From NCBI RefSeq assembly GCF_009914755.1, contig NC_060937.1: DNA of 64,000 bases; one strand, 5' to 3'. The notes under the pieces are model-generated. The model was not told where the DNA came from. It ran no database searches and saw only the letters and a program-made list of their open reading frames with translations. The translations under genes and the position numbers were made by a program. Positions 52,200 to 64,000 of the stretch are shown here, piece by piece; the first letter of the stretch is position 1; each line of letters opens with the position of its first letter. The DNA is from the human T2T-CHM13v2.0 reference genome, Homo sapiens.

Positions 52200-54175
52200 C
52201 TTTTAAAAGTTCAATGATGTCATCTAAGTTTTGAATTCTTGTACCCATATTAACATGTCTCCTCTTTTTTCTTCCTTCTAGTTTCAATAGAGTATTTTAT
52301 ATGATTATCTGTTATGCATCCTCCTAGCATAGCAAGTTTACTTCCTTTCTTTTAGTTTATACTTTTTTAGGGGTTTCCCTAGAATTTGTAATAGACATGT
52401 TATACTTTTCAAGTAAATATTCAAATAACACTATACTACTTCATGTGTAGTGCAGGCTCCTTAGAATAGATTATTCCCTATTCCTCCCTTTTATCTCGTA
52501 TGACATTGCTATCATTTATTTAATATCCTCAATATTCCAGTGCTGATATCATTTAAAATGCTATCTTTTAGATTTTAAAAATAAGACAAATGAAATATTT
52601 TATTTGGCTTTGTCTCCCTTTTTCAAGTTTCTTACTTTCTTTATCGACATCCCAGTTTATGATCGACATCATTTTACTTCCTTCTGATGAACTTTTAACA
52701 TTTCTTGCTAGAATGGTTTGTTAAGGGATAATTTTCTCAGTTTGTTTGTATGGGTATCTTTCCTTACATTTGAATAATATTTGCTGAATACAGAATCCTA
52801 GGTTTATGGGTTCTGTTTTTGGTTTTGTTTTAAATCTAATACAACATTTTGCTCCACTCTTTCCTGCCTTGCATGATGCATATTCTAAGTCACATCTGTG
52901 TTACTCTATAGATAAAGATGTTCCCATAACCTTGTCTTCTTTTACTTTTTTTAATTTTTAGTTGACACATAATAATTGTACATTATTTATAGAATACAGA
53001 GTGATATTACTATATGCACATACACTGTCATCATAAAATAAGGATAATTAGCATACTCATCACTTCATTTATATATGTTTGTGTTGTGAACATTGAAAAT
53101 TCTTTCTTCTACCTTGCTGAAAATATGCAATAAATAGTTAAACATATTTACTCTATAGTGATGCAGGACATCAGAATTCATTCCTCTTATCTAGCTGTAA
53201 TTTTGTATCCATTATTCAATTTCTCCCTATATTCCCCTTTTCTTCCCCTTCCCAGCCCCTAATACCCACAATTCTATTCTCCACTGCCACGAGCTGAAAC
53301 TTTTTTTGCTTACCTCTCACACAGGAGTGACATCATCCAGTACTTAGTGTTCCGTGCCTGACTTATTTCACATATCATAATGTCCTCCAGGCTCATCCAT
53401 GTTGTCATTAATGACACTATTTCATTCTTTTTTATTGCATATATATACTACATTCTTTTAATCAGTTTATCTGTGGATGGACATTTGGGGTGATTCTATA
53501 TCTTAGCTATTGTGAATAGTGTTGCCATAAACATTGGGGTACAGGTATCCCTTTGACATACTGATTTATTTTCCTTTGCATAAATACTCAAGAGTGGGAT
53601 TGCTGAATCATATGGTAGTTCTATTTTCAGTTTTTGAGAAGCCTCCACAGTGTTTTCCACAATGGCTATATTAATCTACATTCCCACCAACAAGGTATAA
53701 GGGGCCCCTTTTCTCCACGTCTTTGCCAGCATTTTTTTTTTTTTTTTTGGTCTTTTGTGTAATCACTTTCTCTTTGGTTATTTCTTTTACCTCTGGCCGA
53801 GCCAAGATGAGATGTCACTTAGCATTTCATCATGAGAACTTTACTGGGTTCCTGGAAGTAAAAGACATTAAGACTGTGGCTGTCATAAGTTTCTCACTCT
53901 TATCTGAGTAGCTTCCAAGGATTCATCAAAATTGTTATTTAAATGTTTGTACCTGTTTATAGCGCCAGTGATTTCTGTTTCAGGTAAGCAGATCTCAACT
54001 GTGACTCTCTGGATTTATCTGTCTCACTAGATTAGGAGGTGGCTGTTCACCTTATTTTTCTGATAAGCCCAAATAAAATCATTGATGTTCAGTTTTTTGA
54101 GCATTTTCTCATTAAAATGATAGAAGTTGACCATTTCTTAGCACTTCATATCTCACAGCTAAAACTAGAAGATCC
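52200..54175 (-). mobile_element. Old L1MC/L1MD-type 5' half, interrupted by a younger L1MA
   Basis: aacatttcttgc...ttgctgaatacagaatcctagg; 5' end motif attgatgttcagttt...cagctaaaactagaag. Confidence 0.55.
52945..53765 (-). mobile_element. L1MA (about L1MA2-4) 3' end
   Basis: gttgacacataataattgtaca...caggctcatccatgttg...gggattgctgaatcatatggtagttctatttt. Confidence 0.85.
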
Positions 54176-54602
54176 CATAGGCTTTTTTGTTTTTTTTATT
54201 CTTCACTATACTTTCTTTTTTCATTTAATTGACTTTGATAACAGAGGCTTTGGTCTTGACATTTCATATTCACTATTTACATTCTATATGTTTGTAATTT
54301 ATATAATTTATCATTATTTCTTTAAATTTTTACTTTTGAAGTGCCTTCATGCTTATTTAATATTACAAAATATAAATGAAAATATTATCTTAATGTTGTT
54401 TCTAAACAACACAAAGATGTTGTAATATTTTAGTGCTCATTTTTACACTCAAAATTTATATGCTAACATGGTTCAATGTTATAATTATTTTCTTTATACC
54501 TGCATATGCTAAAATTTATCATCATAACTGCTTTAAGTAGACAGTGACGTGTTTATTTTTAAATATTTTTCTCATTATTTTTTCTTACATCTCAGATCAT
54601 CT

Positions 54603-55306
54603 TGTTACAGTAGGTAGTCAGGCAAACAAGAGCTGGGCAGGAAAGGGCTCTCCCAACCCCCACCAGGAATGTCAGGTGACCATCAGGTGATGGTCAAGGG
54701 GTTGTTAACTGTCTCTCTAAAAGAATAATTAGTTGCAGCCAGTGCCAGGGAAAAGCCGTCTCCCAATAAATAAAAACATCTTAAACTGGTGATCAGCAGC
54801 TTTCTGATATGATCTCAGGAGTTGGGCAAGTGGGCTTGAGCATGCACACTAAGAGGCAAAATATTAGAGCTTAACTGGTATATGACCTTCCTCTAGAAAC
54901 ACTCTACTGATGAGGGAAAAAAATCCCTCAAATGAGCATGTGCACAATTTCAGTAAACACATTGCGCATGCAGCCCCTCCCAAGTGTTGTGCATGCAGAC
55001 AGCCCACTGCAAGGGACAAATCAGGGGAGAAGTGACACAATGCCCCAGGAGCATGCCAACATATAAAACCCCAAGTCAAAGATTACATCATGTACATGAA
55101 TCTCTCAAGTCACCCACCTGACCCTCTTCCAAGTATATTTTACTTCCTTCCATCGCTACTCTAATACTATTTAATAAACTTTCACTCCTGCTCTAAAACT
55201 TGCCTGGGTCTCTCATTCTGTCTTAAACCCATTGGTCAAATTCTTTCGTCTTAGGAGGCAAGAATTGAGGTTGCTTCAGATCCGTAAAGATTTGCTGCTA
55301 CTAACA
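54603..55306 (+). mobile_element. MER50 ERV1 solo LTR
   Basis: tgttacagtaggtagtcaggca...ccaggaatgtcaggtgaccatcaggtgatggtca...ctaaca; exact 4-bp TSD atct. Confidence 0.9.
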
Positions 55307-55539
55307 ATCTTACTAGACAAATTTTTTATTCCCCTTAATTTAGAAACAAGAAATACCTGTAATAAAATTTGATAAAAATGTATTCCTTCATTTTGATTAT
55401 CTAAACACCTTTACTTCATTTATAGGCTTAAAAGGTAAAAGAGAGTCAGAGGACTCATCCCAGAAGGGCAGAAATCTTTAGATGGCTATTAAAAATTAAA
55501 TAAATAAAATGAAAATCAATGTGGTTATAACACTATTGA

Positions 55540-56590
55540 AGACTGAGTGGACCAAAGGGAGCCCCTGCTCGTTCACCAACAAGGACGGGCCCCGGAGTTT
55601 TCTCCTTTTACCCTAGATTGAACACATCTAAGAAATTTAAGAAAAATCAAAAGGCAAAGATTACAATGAAAAAGCTGACATTGGTTGAGGCAACACTGAG
55701 GCAAGTTAGGATATTGATTGACAAAAGGGTCTGAGTCCCTAGGCTCAACCCTTCTCTGAGAGCCCAAATACTTTCTCACCAGAGGGTAAAATGGTCAAAT
55801 GGTCTGGGGGTAGAGAAGAAAAATGTTTCAGACCAGAACACAAAAATGCAAGGGTTGATAGAATTATGAAGTTGGGATGTTTACAGAAGTTTTATGTAAA
55901 GTAGTTATGACTCCTGGTTCCAGTTTCTCTCTCCAGGGGTCTATTACCTCCAAGAGAGCTCAAAACCATGAGTAATCAGTACTTATATGTGTTTCCTGGA
56001 TGAGCCCTTTTAATTTGTTGGGGAGTTGCCTGTAGAGCCACTGCATATCACGTGGGGTCAACTCCCCAGACACTCCCAGTTGGGCCTCCATCACCCAAGG
56101 GCTTTCCTTCTGGAAGAAACAAAATGCCCTTCTTTTTGAAGCTGAGAAGCTCACTCTCTCATTTATCTATGAAAATGACAGTTCCCCATGCAAATGTGCA
56201 GACAAGCCAATAGAGATTAATTTTGGGAGATAAAGGTAAAGGAGAAGCCTTTTAGAATGCACCTTCAAACCAAACTTAGGCTCCTAAACTACTTCTTAGG
56301 AGATAAAACAAACAACACACACAAACCAAACCAAACCGAACCAAACCAGACCAAACCAAAACAAACCAAAAACCAGCTCAGAATAAACCAAGGACCATCA
56401 GGCAAACAGGAGGTGCAGGGCTCAAGAGAACTTACCAGTTCCACGCATAAAGAAGCTGGAAGTCAAAGGGTTTTCAATGGGCCTATGACGGCACCTTACC
56501 TCCAGGTTCCAGTGACTCCTTGGCTGGGGGCCAGTACCAGGAGGTTCTAAGTCTTCTCTGAGGCCCTAAATGTAAGCATAGGGAATCAAT
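55540..56590 (-). mobile_element. ERV1 MER4-group internal 5' leader/gag fragment, with (CCAAA)n at ~56320-56372
   Basis: cttaccagttccac (antisense splice-donor-like), tttagaatgcacc, gagattaattttgggaga resemble MER4-group internals. Confidence 0.55.
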
Positions 56591-56593
56591 TAT

Positions 56594-57447
56594 TGTTGAT
56601 GAAAAAGAGTCAAACTCTGTTAAACATTTGAAGGGATTTATTCTGAGCCAAATATGAGTGACCAAGGTCAAAGGCACAGTCTCAAGAGTTTCTGAGAACA
56701 TGTGTCCAAGTTGGTTGAGTTAAAGCTTGTTTTTATACATGTTAGGGAGACATAAGACATCAAGGAATACATGAAATGTATGCATTGATTTGGTCCAGAA
56801 AGGTGGGACAACTCAAAGTGGGGGCTTAGAGGTCACAGGTAGATTTAAAGATTTTTGATAGGCAATTTATTGAAAAAATTTAAATTAAGTATTATCTGGA
56901 ATCAAGAGATAGGAGTATCTGGGTATCTGGGTTGAAATAAGGGATTGTGGAGACCAAGATTCTGATCTTGTAGAATAGATGGTAAGTGTCTCTTACTAGT
57001 CTTTAAAAGGTGCCAGACTCTTAGTTAAATCTCTCCTGGATCAGGCAAATACCTGGAAAAGGGAGAGCACTCTCTACAGAATGGTTTTCCCCACAAGAGA
57101 CAGCTTTGCAGGGCCATTTAAAAATATGTCAAGGGAATATATTTCGAGAGAAACTAATTTCTTTCAGGACCTGCCATCTGTCATGTGATGGTAAACTAGA
57201 GTCAGGTTGAAATTCGTCATCTTACTGCTACAGAGTCTGTTTTGTCAGTCTTAAGATCTCTGTTTTAATGTTAATGCTGATCAATTATGCCTGAATTTTA
57301 AAGGGATGTGGGTATAATGAGGCATGTTCAACCCCATCTTCCCACTGTGGTCTGAACTAGTTTTTCACATTTACTTTGGAATGCCCTCAGTCTAGAGAAA
57401 GACTATTCAGTGGGTTAGGGGGATTAGAATTTTATTTTTGGTTTACA
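56594..57447 (-). mobile_element. MER4-family LTR (long, MER4D-like)
   Basis: tgttgatgaaaaagagtcaaactctg...ttattctgagccaaatatgagtgacca...ttttatttttggtttaca. Confidence 0.88.
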
Positions 57448-60400
57448 TTACGGAGAGAAGTGAACTTGCTTCCATAATGCCACCTTAGAACCAGCAGTCT
57501 TCCCAATTTAGTATTTTTTATCTATTCTGTTCATCATGAGCCACTGTATTGTCATTAGCTACCTTCCTCTATGGCTAGAGTTACATTTGATTGGCTCCTC
57601 TTTCTTGGCTCTACCACTTGATAAGCTTTGATAAAGTGGGTCTTTCCTGCAAATCTAGTTATGGTAATAACTTAAAGCTACTGCTATTTCCTAAGAGCTT
57701 TACTTTCCATTTTAGTTTCACTAAATTATGAAATGATGTCTGTAAATATTCAGTTTATTAAATTATCTTTAAATACACCTTTTGATGGTATCAACTCTTT
57801 CCTATCAGACCTGCAGGATTAATAAATAGGCTGACTACATTTTCATCAGGATTAAGTCAGACTAACTTAATATTTTATTAATTATATGATGCTGAGTGAT
57901 TGAAAGAATTTGGGTAAATAGTTGCTGGGATTCTTTTTTTCTACTTGGAATATTAGCAGGAAATATGACAATAAGAGCTGTTCCAGTCACATTCCTCCTT
58001 TCTCTTCTTTAGCATTTCAACTTGTAATAGATAAAATTTAAGAGAAGGTAAAATAGTTTGAGTCCTAGAAACAGGTATGAACTGCTGCAGTTGGTTTTAC
58101 ATTAATCACCTTACCATAGAGTTAGAAACAAATAAATTCCTTACACACTGTCCTAATGAAGATATGTGCGTTCTGTACAGCTAAGATATAGTCCAAAAGA
58201 GGCTCTTAATGAACATCATTTTATTATAAATCACATCTATACTGTGCCGGGGGATTGCAGACTTATAAGAATCTTCCACTCTAAGGTCATATGTCAATAA
58301 ATGGAACACAAGGCACTTATTGCCAGTAGCTGTTAGTTTCCTTTGCACACATAAATACTACAATCTTTTTAAAATTTTTATTACAAAGTCCTAAATTCCA
58401 TTGTTCAATGAAGTTACTTAGCAAGTGCTTCTGAAGCCCATTGGATAAGACAATGCTAATGATTCATTTCCATTCTACATTTTCAGGAGGAGATATTTGA
58501 AGTACATTTTATCTATTAATATGTTGAACACTTAAGACCACAGAAACAGAATTAAGAATAAAGCATTCCCAGTGCTTTATTTTACCAAAACACATTAAAA
58601 GTATAGCACTTAGTCTCTGATATAAATCATTATAGGCAAATTACTCATTGTCTCTACCTGGTAATGCATGGTTCTAATGGAATGTAACATAATTTGGTGA
58701 ATCAGAGAAGTTACAGTGAAATGAAAGCTTAAAGAATTGATTACCAAGATAATGCATTTGTAAAATACATGTGTTTATACTATATACTAAAAGGTGACTA
58801 AATTACCATTAAAATAAAATATAATTTCCTCGGGGCCTCAATATTTGTAGAGTTATAATACATTAATATTTTCAAATATTCTCAATATAACCTAAGCCAG
58901 TCGTCTCTTGATTCTTAGGTTGGTGATGGCATTGGTTAATATGCTCTTTTACTTTCATTGTTACTGGGTTAACTGTCATAGTCACAGATGTGTGTTGTCA
59001 CTTTCTCTAAATAAAATTCAGTAGCAGTAGCAATTATTTCCAAATAGTATTGACCACATGCCAGAAATTCAGGAAAGAGGAGAAAAAAGGATGTAGAAAA
59101 AAACCTGTAGGACAAGGAGAATTAATACAGGAGGCTGTGACACCTATCTCATATTTTTTGACATATACAGCAGTCACATTGGATCTCTGTCCACCGAAAA
59201 ATTGTTTTTCTTTTTATTTTTTAAAAAAGTATTTCAATTTCTCCTTTTTTAAATTAGTGTGGCCTTTTTTGCATATTTCTCTCTCTCTCTGTCTCTGTGT
59301 CTCTCTCTCTTATTTTACTTGCATGAAATGTCTTCAAAGCCTTAAGCCCTCTCTCTCAAGCATCTTTGGAGTCTACTAGGCACTGTTCTGACACCTATGC
59401 CCAATTTTCTCCTTGATGTTCTTATTTTACAGAGAACGTGGTAGGCGCTCCTGCTCAGATTCACAATTTCCATATTTTAACCCCTTTCCACTTGTTGGTA
59501 AAAGCTCTCAAAAATTTGTTCCCACCATAGCCTCCTTTCCGAGGCTTCCTTCTCCAACTTTCTGGGACTCCATCATTATGTCCTTTCTCTCAGATTTCTT
59601 CTCTGTGATATCTTAAATAACTGTACCTTTTTTAAAATAAAGTAAAACAACTTTTTTAAAAAAAAGTCATCTCTGTTTTTTCGAAACTTGCAATGAGAGC
59701 TAGAATAAATTAGGTGTACATACCAGAGACTTTAAAAATGAACAATTGGAAAGTTCCACATATTTGTTCACTGTTCAACATACCAATTAGAATTAATTAG
59801 TGTATGTAATAAATCATACTCTTTCCTTTGGGTAGCCAAGATATTTATATAATGCTAGACCAATGGGTCTGAAATAGGAGACTTCAAGGTAGTCAAAGTA
59901 TCTGATAATTGATTGAATTCTTTAGTAACTACTAAAGACTCATATAGTTTTGTTTTAATGTGCAAATACATCTTCTCTAAAAGGAGAACACTAAATGTAT
60001 TTTAAAAGACCAGCTATGTTATGAAAGCTAATTTCCGCGTAAGCTTTCATAAATATGAATACAATTACATATAACCAGGAAGTTCTACAAATTCTTGCAT
60101 GTCCTCGATTAGTAATTAACATCTTATAATTAGTAATATTAAGTAATGATTTTCCATGATGAAAAACTTCAGAACCTAATATTTTTATCATGTTGGTAAA
60201 GGCAAAAAATTTTAAAGACAAGGTACAAGATTTTAATAGTTTAATTATTCGATTCGGCAGAATTTCTTTTTGTTTAGAAAACATTCATTTGACAAAAACG
60301 TAGGCCATTGGTCATACACATATGCCTCTGCTTTGTTGTTAGAAAATACCTTGCTGTACCATACTGTTCTTGGCATCTTGGCCATTGATCAGAGTGAAGT

Positions 60401-60832
60401 GGGGTGACAAGGTCTGACTGTGTTAGGATTTAGTTGTATATGAGATGACAGTCATGTTTTCAAATCATAGAGTCTAAAACTGTGAAAGGAGAGAGAGAGT
60501 GTGGTGAGATCAAGAAGAGTAATGGCAAATCCATTCTGTGTTCATTATTGAACTTGGTCTTGATGGGGCAGATCTTCTGAGTAACCAGTTGACTGCAAAA
60601 GAGTCAAACACAAGTCATGTCCACATAACTGGGGATTAATTCAGGGTGTGTAGCTACCTTCTTGGATTTATCTTAATTCCAGCCCTAACAGGAATTCAGG
60701 AGTTAGCATGAAGTTAAAGATATATCTGTTTCTTTATTATCATCAATTTTGTTGATATCCATGACCCCTTGAGAAATGTTCTACATTTAATGATTAATGT
60801 GATTTCATGTAATTATTTATATCCTTATAAAT

Positions 60833-60896
60833 TATAAATGTACTAAATTGTACATTTCACACACCTATAAATGTACTAAATTGTACATTTAACACA
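60833..60896. repeat. 33-bp-period tandem duplication
   Basis: tataaatgtactaaattgtacattt(c/a)acaca twice. Confidence 0.85.
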
Positions 60897-61829
60897 TTTA
60901 TAAATATGTTAAAATAAATTTATAGTAAAAGTATTATAAATTTACAAAATTAAATGTTTATTTATATTACTTTTTATTCCCAAATTCAGTGACCATTAAG
61001 AACAAGATATTTATTTTTGTTTTAAATCAATGAATTTATTTTTTAATAAGAAGTACAGGATTATAAAAGGATCAGGCTATAAGTAAACTGTTTTAAAAAA
61101 AAGAAGTAGCAAATTAATTCAAACTAGCCCCCTAGAAGTCATCAGTAAAATCATTTGACAAGTAGGATTCAAGACACTCATATAGATAAATGGAGAGAAA
61201 GAGAGGGAAATTGGCAGATGGCAGAAAAGTTATAATTAATGAGAACAAAATATATGTATTTAAAAGTTTACATATTAATTTTCTTGATTATCAGAGTAGA
61301 TAAATAAACAGAAAGAATTCCCAAAATGTATGTAAACATTGCTTCACCAGATAGTCTATCTGGTTCTTAAAATATATTCCACCACCATAATAAAAATTAT
61401 TAAAAGCATAGATTTTATAATTTTAATATATTTTATCCAGTTTCTATATTAAATATTCAAAATAGTTCTAAACTCTACTTTTAGAGAGCAATATTTAATT
61501 CCAGGGTTGAATGTTTTTACATTATTTTCTTCTTTGATATGGATTAGAAAAAGTGTATTCAAATTCTGCAGTAACAAAATCCCATTTTTCAAAACTAGTT
61601 TTTGTTGAGATAAATTTTTTGCTCACCAGCAATATAATCATGGTTTATATATAACTGTTTTGTTTCTATTTAACTTTTCTTCTTATCTATACTACTTTTG
61701 ATTCATATTTTTCCATAAGGGGCTAGTTGTCAAATGCTCCATGATAGAAGTATTGCCTGTAAAACTGGAAACAGATGGTTTTTATTGCATTTCTTGGTTT
61801 TTAAAAGTTGAGTGAAATTCCAAAGCCTA

Positions 61830-62570
61830 CTAACAGTCTGCTATGGAAGACTAGATATAGACATTTATCTCTTCTATCATAGAAACTTACCGCTATAAAT
61901 AATAGAAACAATAGAAATATAAACAATAGAAATAAAAGATCAAGAACCCAAGTAAGTGGAAGATTGCTGAAGAGGTGTCATGAGAATTTTAGAAGCTAGA
62001 AAGTGGATATGCAATGTTATCTGATACCAGAGACAGATATGATTGAAGCTGGCAAGAAGTGAAGAGCCTAGAAAGTGAGGCACTTTAAGCAACAAACACA
62101 GATAATCTCCCCAACCCTCGAGTGTTCTGAACTAACAAGTATCAAGTTCTTATTTATAAAGCTTTGCCTTTGGAGTTGCAATGAAACTAGACAGAATTTT
62201 TTTTTCCACAAGGTTCATTATTAAAAGTCATGTTGTACAGCTTAAATACACCTAATAGAAAATAAACTTAAAAGGCTATCTGGGGATAAAATAATGAAAT
62301 ACTTTAATGAAAGTTGTTACAGTTTTTGAACATTGAAGTTAACATAAACATACTGCATGTTCATGGATAAATACTATAGCAAAATTGCCATCATTAAATA
62401 CAATACCAAAGTGATATTAATTCTATCTGGAAGCAATTTACAAATTCAATTTAATTATAATTAATATTCTCATAGGGATTTTTATATGAAAATTATCATA
62501 AGGTTATCTTTTTTCATTTTTGCCTTTCTTCATTTGATTGAAAAATTGAATGAAAATGCAAAGGAAACAA
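61830..62570 (+). mobile_element. Very old L1ME fragments (5' end and ORF2)
   Basis: catgttcatggata...tacaaattcaat...agggattttt...gaaaatgcaaagga L1 ORF2 motifs. Confidence 0.45.
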
Positions 62571-64000
62571 GTTCATCTATGTTTTCCTATTGACCATACA
62601 TCTTTTTCCCCATGTTTCAGATTCTAAAGCAAATTGTGCAAATTTTCATTTTTTAAATAAATTGTTTAAAAAAAGTTTTAAAAAAGATTCGTTAGATTTC
62701 TAATCACTATCCTCTAAACCACTTATCCAAGTGAAAATAAATCTAGCATAATTTAGTGGCTTGTTTTACATAGATTTATGTATACTTGGGGAAGGAATTT
62801 ATTTGGAGAAATATTAAACAGAAGACACCAGTTGGCAGCCAGGTGTTACGTACTAGACTAGTATTTAGGATTCACTTCTTGAAAAACTGAATTCTTCATG
62901 TAAAAAGATATTGGCCAAAATGGGTTTGAGGGCAATTAAAATGCTGTGTAACAATGCCTCTGACAGCATATACATGCATTATTAATTTTTATAGTGTTTC
63001 TATTGTATTGTATATATAGATGGAGAATCAGAGATGAGTAACTTTGAGATAATAATATCCAACATTAAAGACAGAAAATAATTTTGTTTATGCCTATGAT
63101 TTAGCAGTTTGATGTAAAGCAATAAAAGAATCAAACAAAATGGAAAACAAACAAAAGTTTCATGAAATTTACTGCAGAGAATTTTTAAAAATTTGAGAAA
63201 CAACATTTTGGAAATTGTTTTCCTGAGGCATCTGCAATTTCATAAGGTGCCTGTGTCAGGGTCCAAGAGCTCAGAGGTTTTTATAGTGACGTGAAGCTAT
63301 GAAACCATTGTTGTTGGGCTACGAGACAGTAGCCAGTACAGTAAAGCTCAGAGGTGGTCACATTTAGAATACAGTTTATTAAATCAGAGAAATATGCTGC
63401 CATTTTTAGATTAAGTACTTTAATAACAAAATATAAATCTAAAAAATGCATAAAGAGAAAACCTGCAATAATATAATGTGTTATTAAAATGCCAGAATAT
63501 CTTAAGATCAAGATCTGTCATTGATTTCAAAAACAATATTTTGATACTTATAGAATAAACTTTTCCTCCAAATTATCCTTTGTGAGAAATGTCATGGTCA
63601 CACTGTAGAAATGATGTGAGCTGGGAAATATTAGTGTGGCCATCTTCGGAAAATACAGTGTGCCACATAGAACAAAGCCACACTATAACAGGCAATATTT
63701 CCTGAGAAACACCTCTTGGAAACTAGTGAAAATTAAAACTTGGCCATAAGTTGACAGATGGCAATTGGTTGAATTTGAATTTAGTGAACAAAATAGATTC
63801 TTAGCAATCAGTCATAAAATCAAGTTTGTGAATAGAACATTATTAAGTAGAATTGATATATTTAGAATCAAGGTCTGAGTAAGTCCCAAAGGCCTGAGTC
63901 ATTTGCATTAACAGAAGGCCCACACCTTGTTATGGCATTATGTGTCAATTAAACTAGGCTATAGTACCTACACTTATTCAATCACTACACCAATCTAGGG

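Noticed and set aside
51218-52234. Six 268-329 aa ORFs as protein-coding genes
   Set aside because: All six frames are open only because the TA/TG/CA repeat has no stop codons; products are low complexity.
55540-57447. MER4 LTR as the definite 5' LTR of the adjacent internal fragment
   Set aside because: No clear primer-binding site at the junction and flanks ttat/ttac could be a TSD of a solo insertion; unresolved.

Overview
AT-rich, non-coding simian-primate (most likely human or great-ape) genomic DNA, judged from AluJ/S/Y, L1PA, THE1 and MER4-group LTRs. I find no credible protein-coding gene, RNA gene, CpG island or prokaryotic system. Every ORF in the track that resembles anything lies in Alu, L1, ERV or low-complexity sequence. 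Roughly half or more of the window is transposon fossil. The most notable points: (1) a TSD-flanked L1PA (about L1PA12) insertion carrying an apparent ~250-bp 3' transduction; (2) a class III (ERV-L/HERV-S-like) provirus remnant lacking pro-RT but keeping a gamma-type env TM relic; (3) an older ERV-L remnant whose gag-pro block is inverted relative to pol; (4) a near-perfect 72-nt hairpin in apparently unique DNA; (5) a palindromic ~30-bp VNTR and several local templated duplications. I do not see evidence for a new biological system. Repeat family names come from recalled consensus motifs, not a database search, and boundaries of old elements are approximate.
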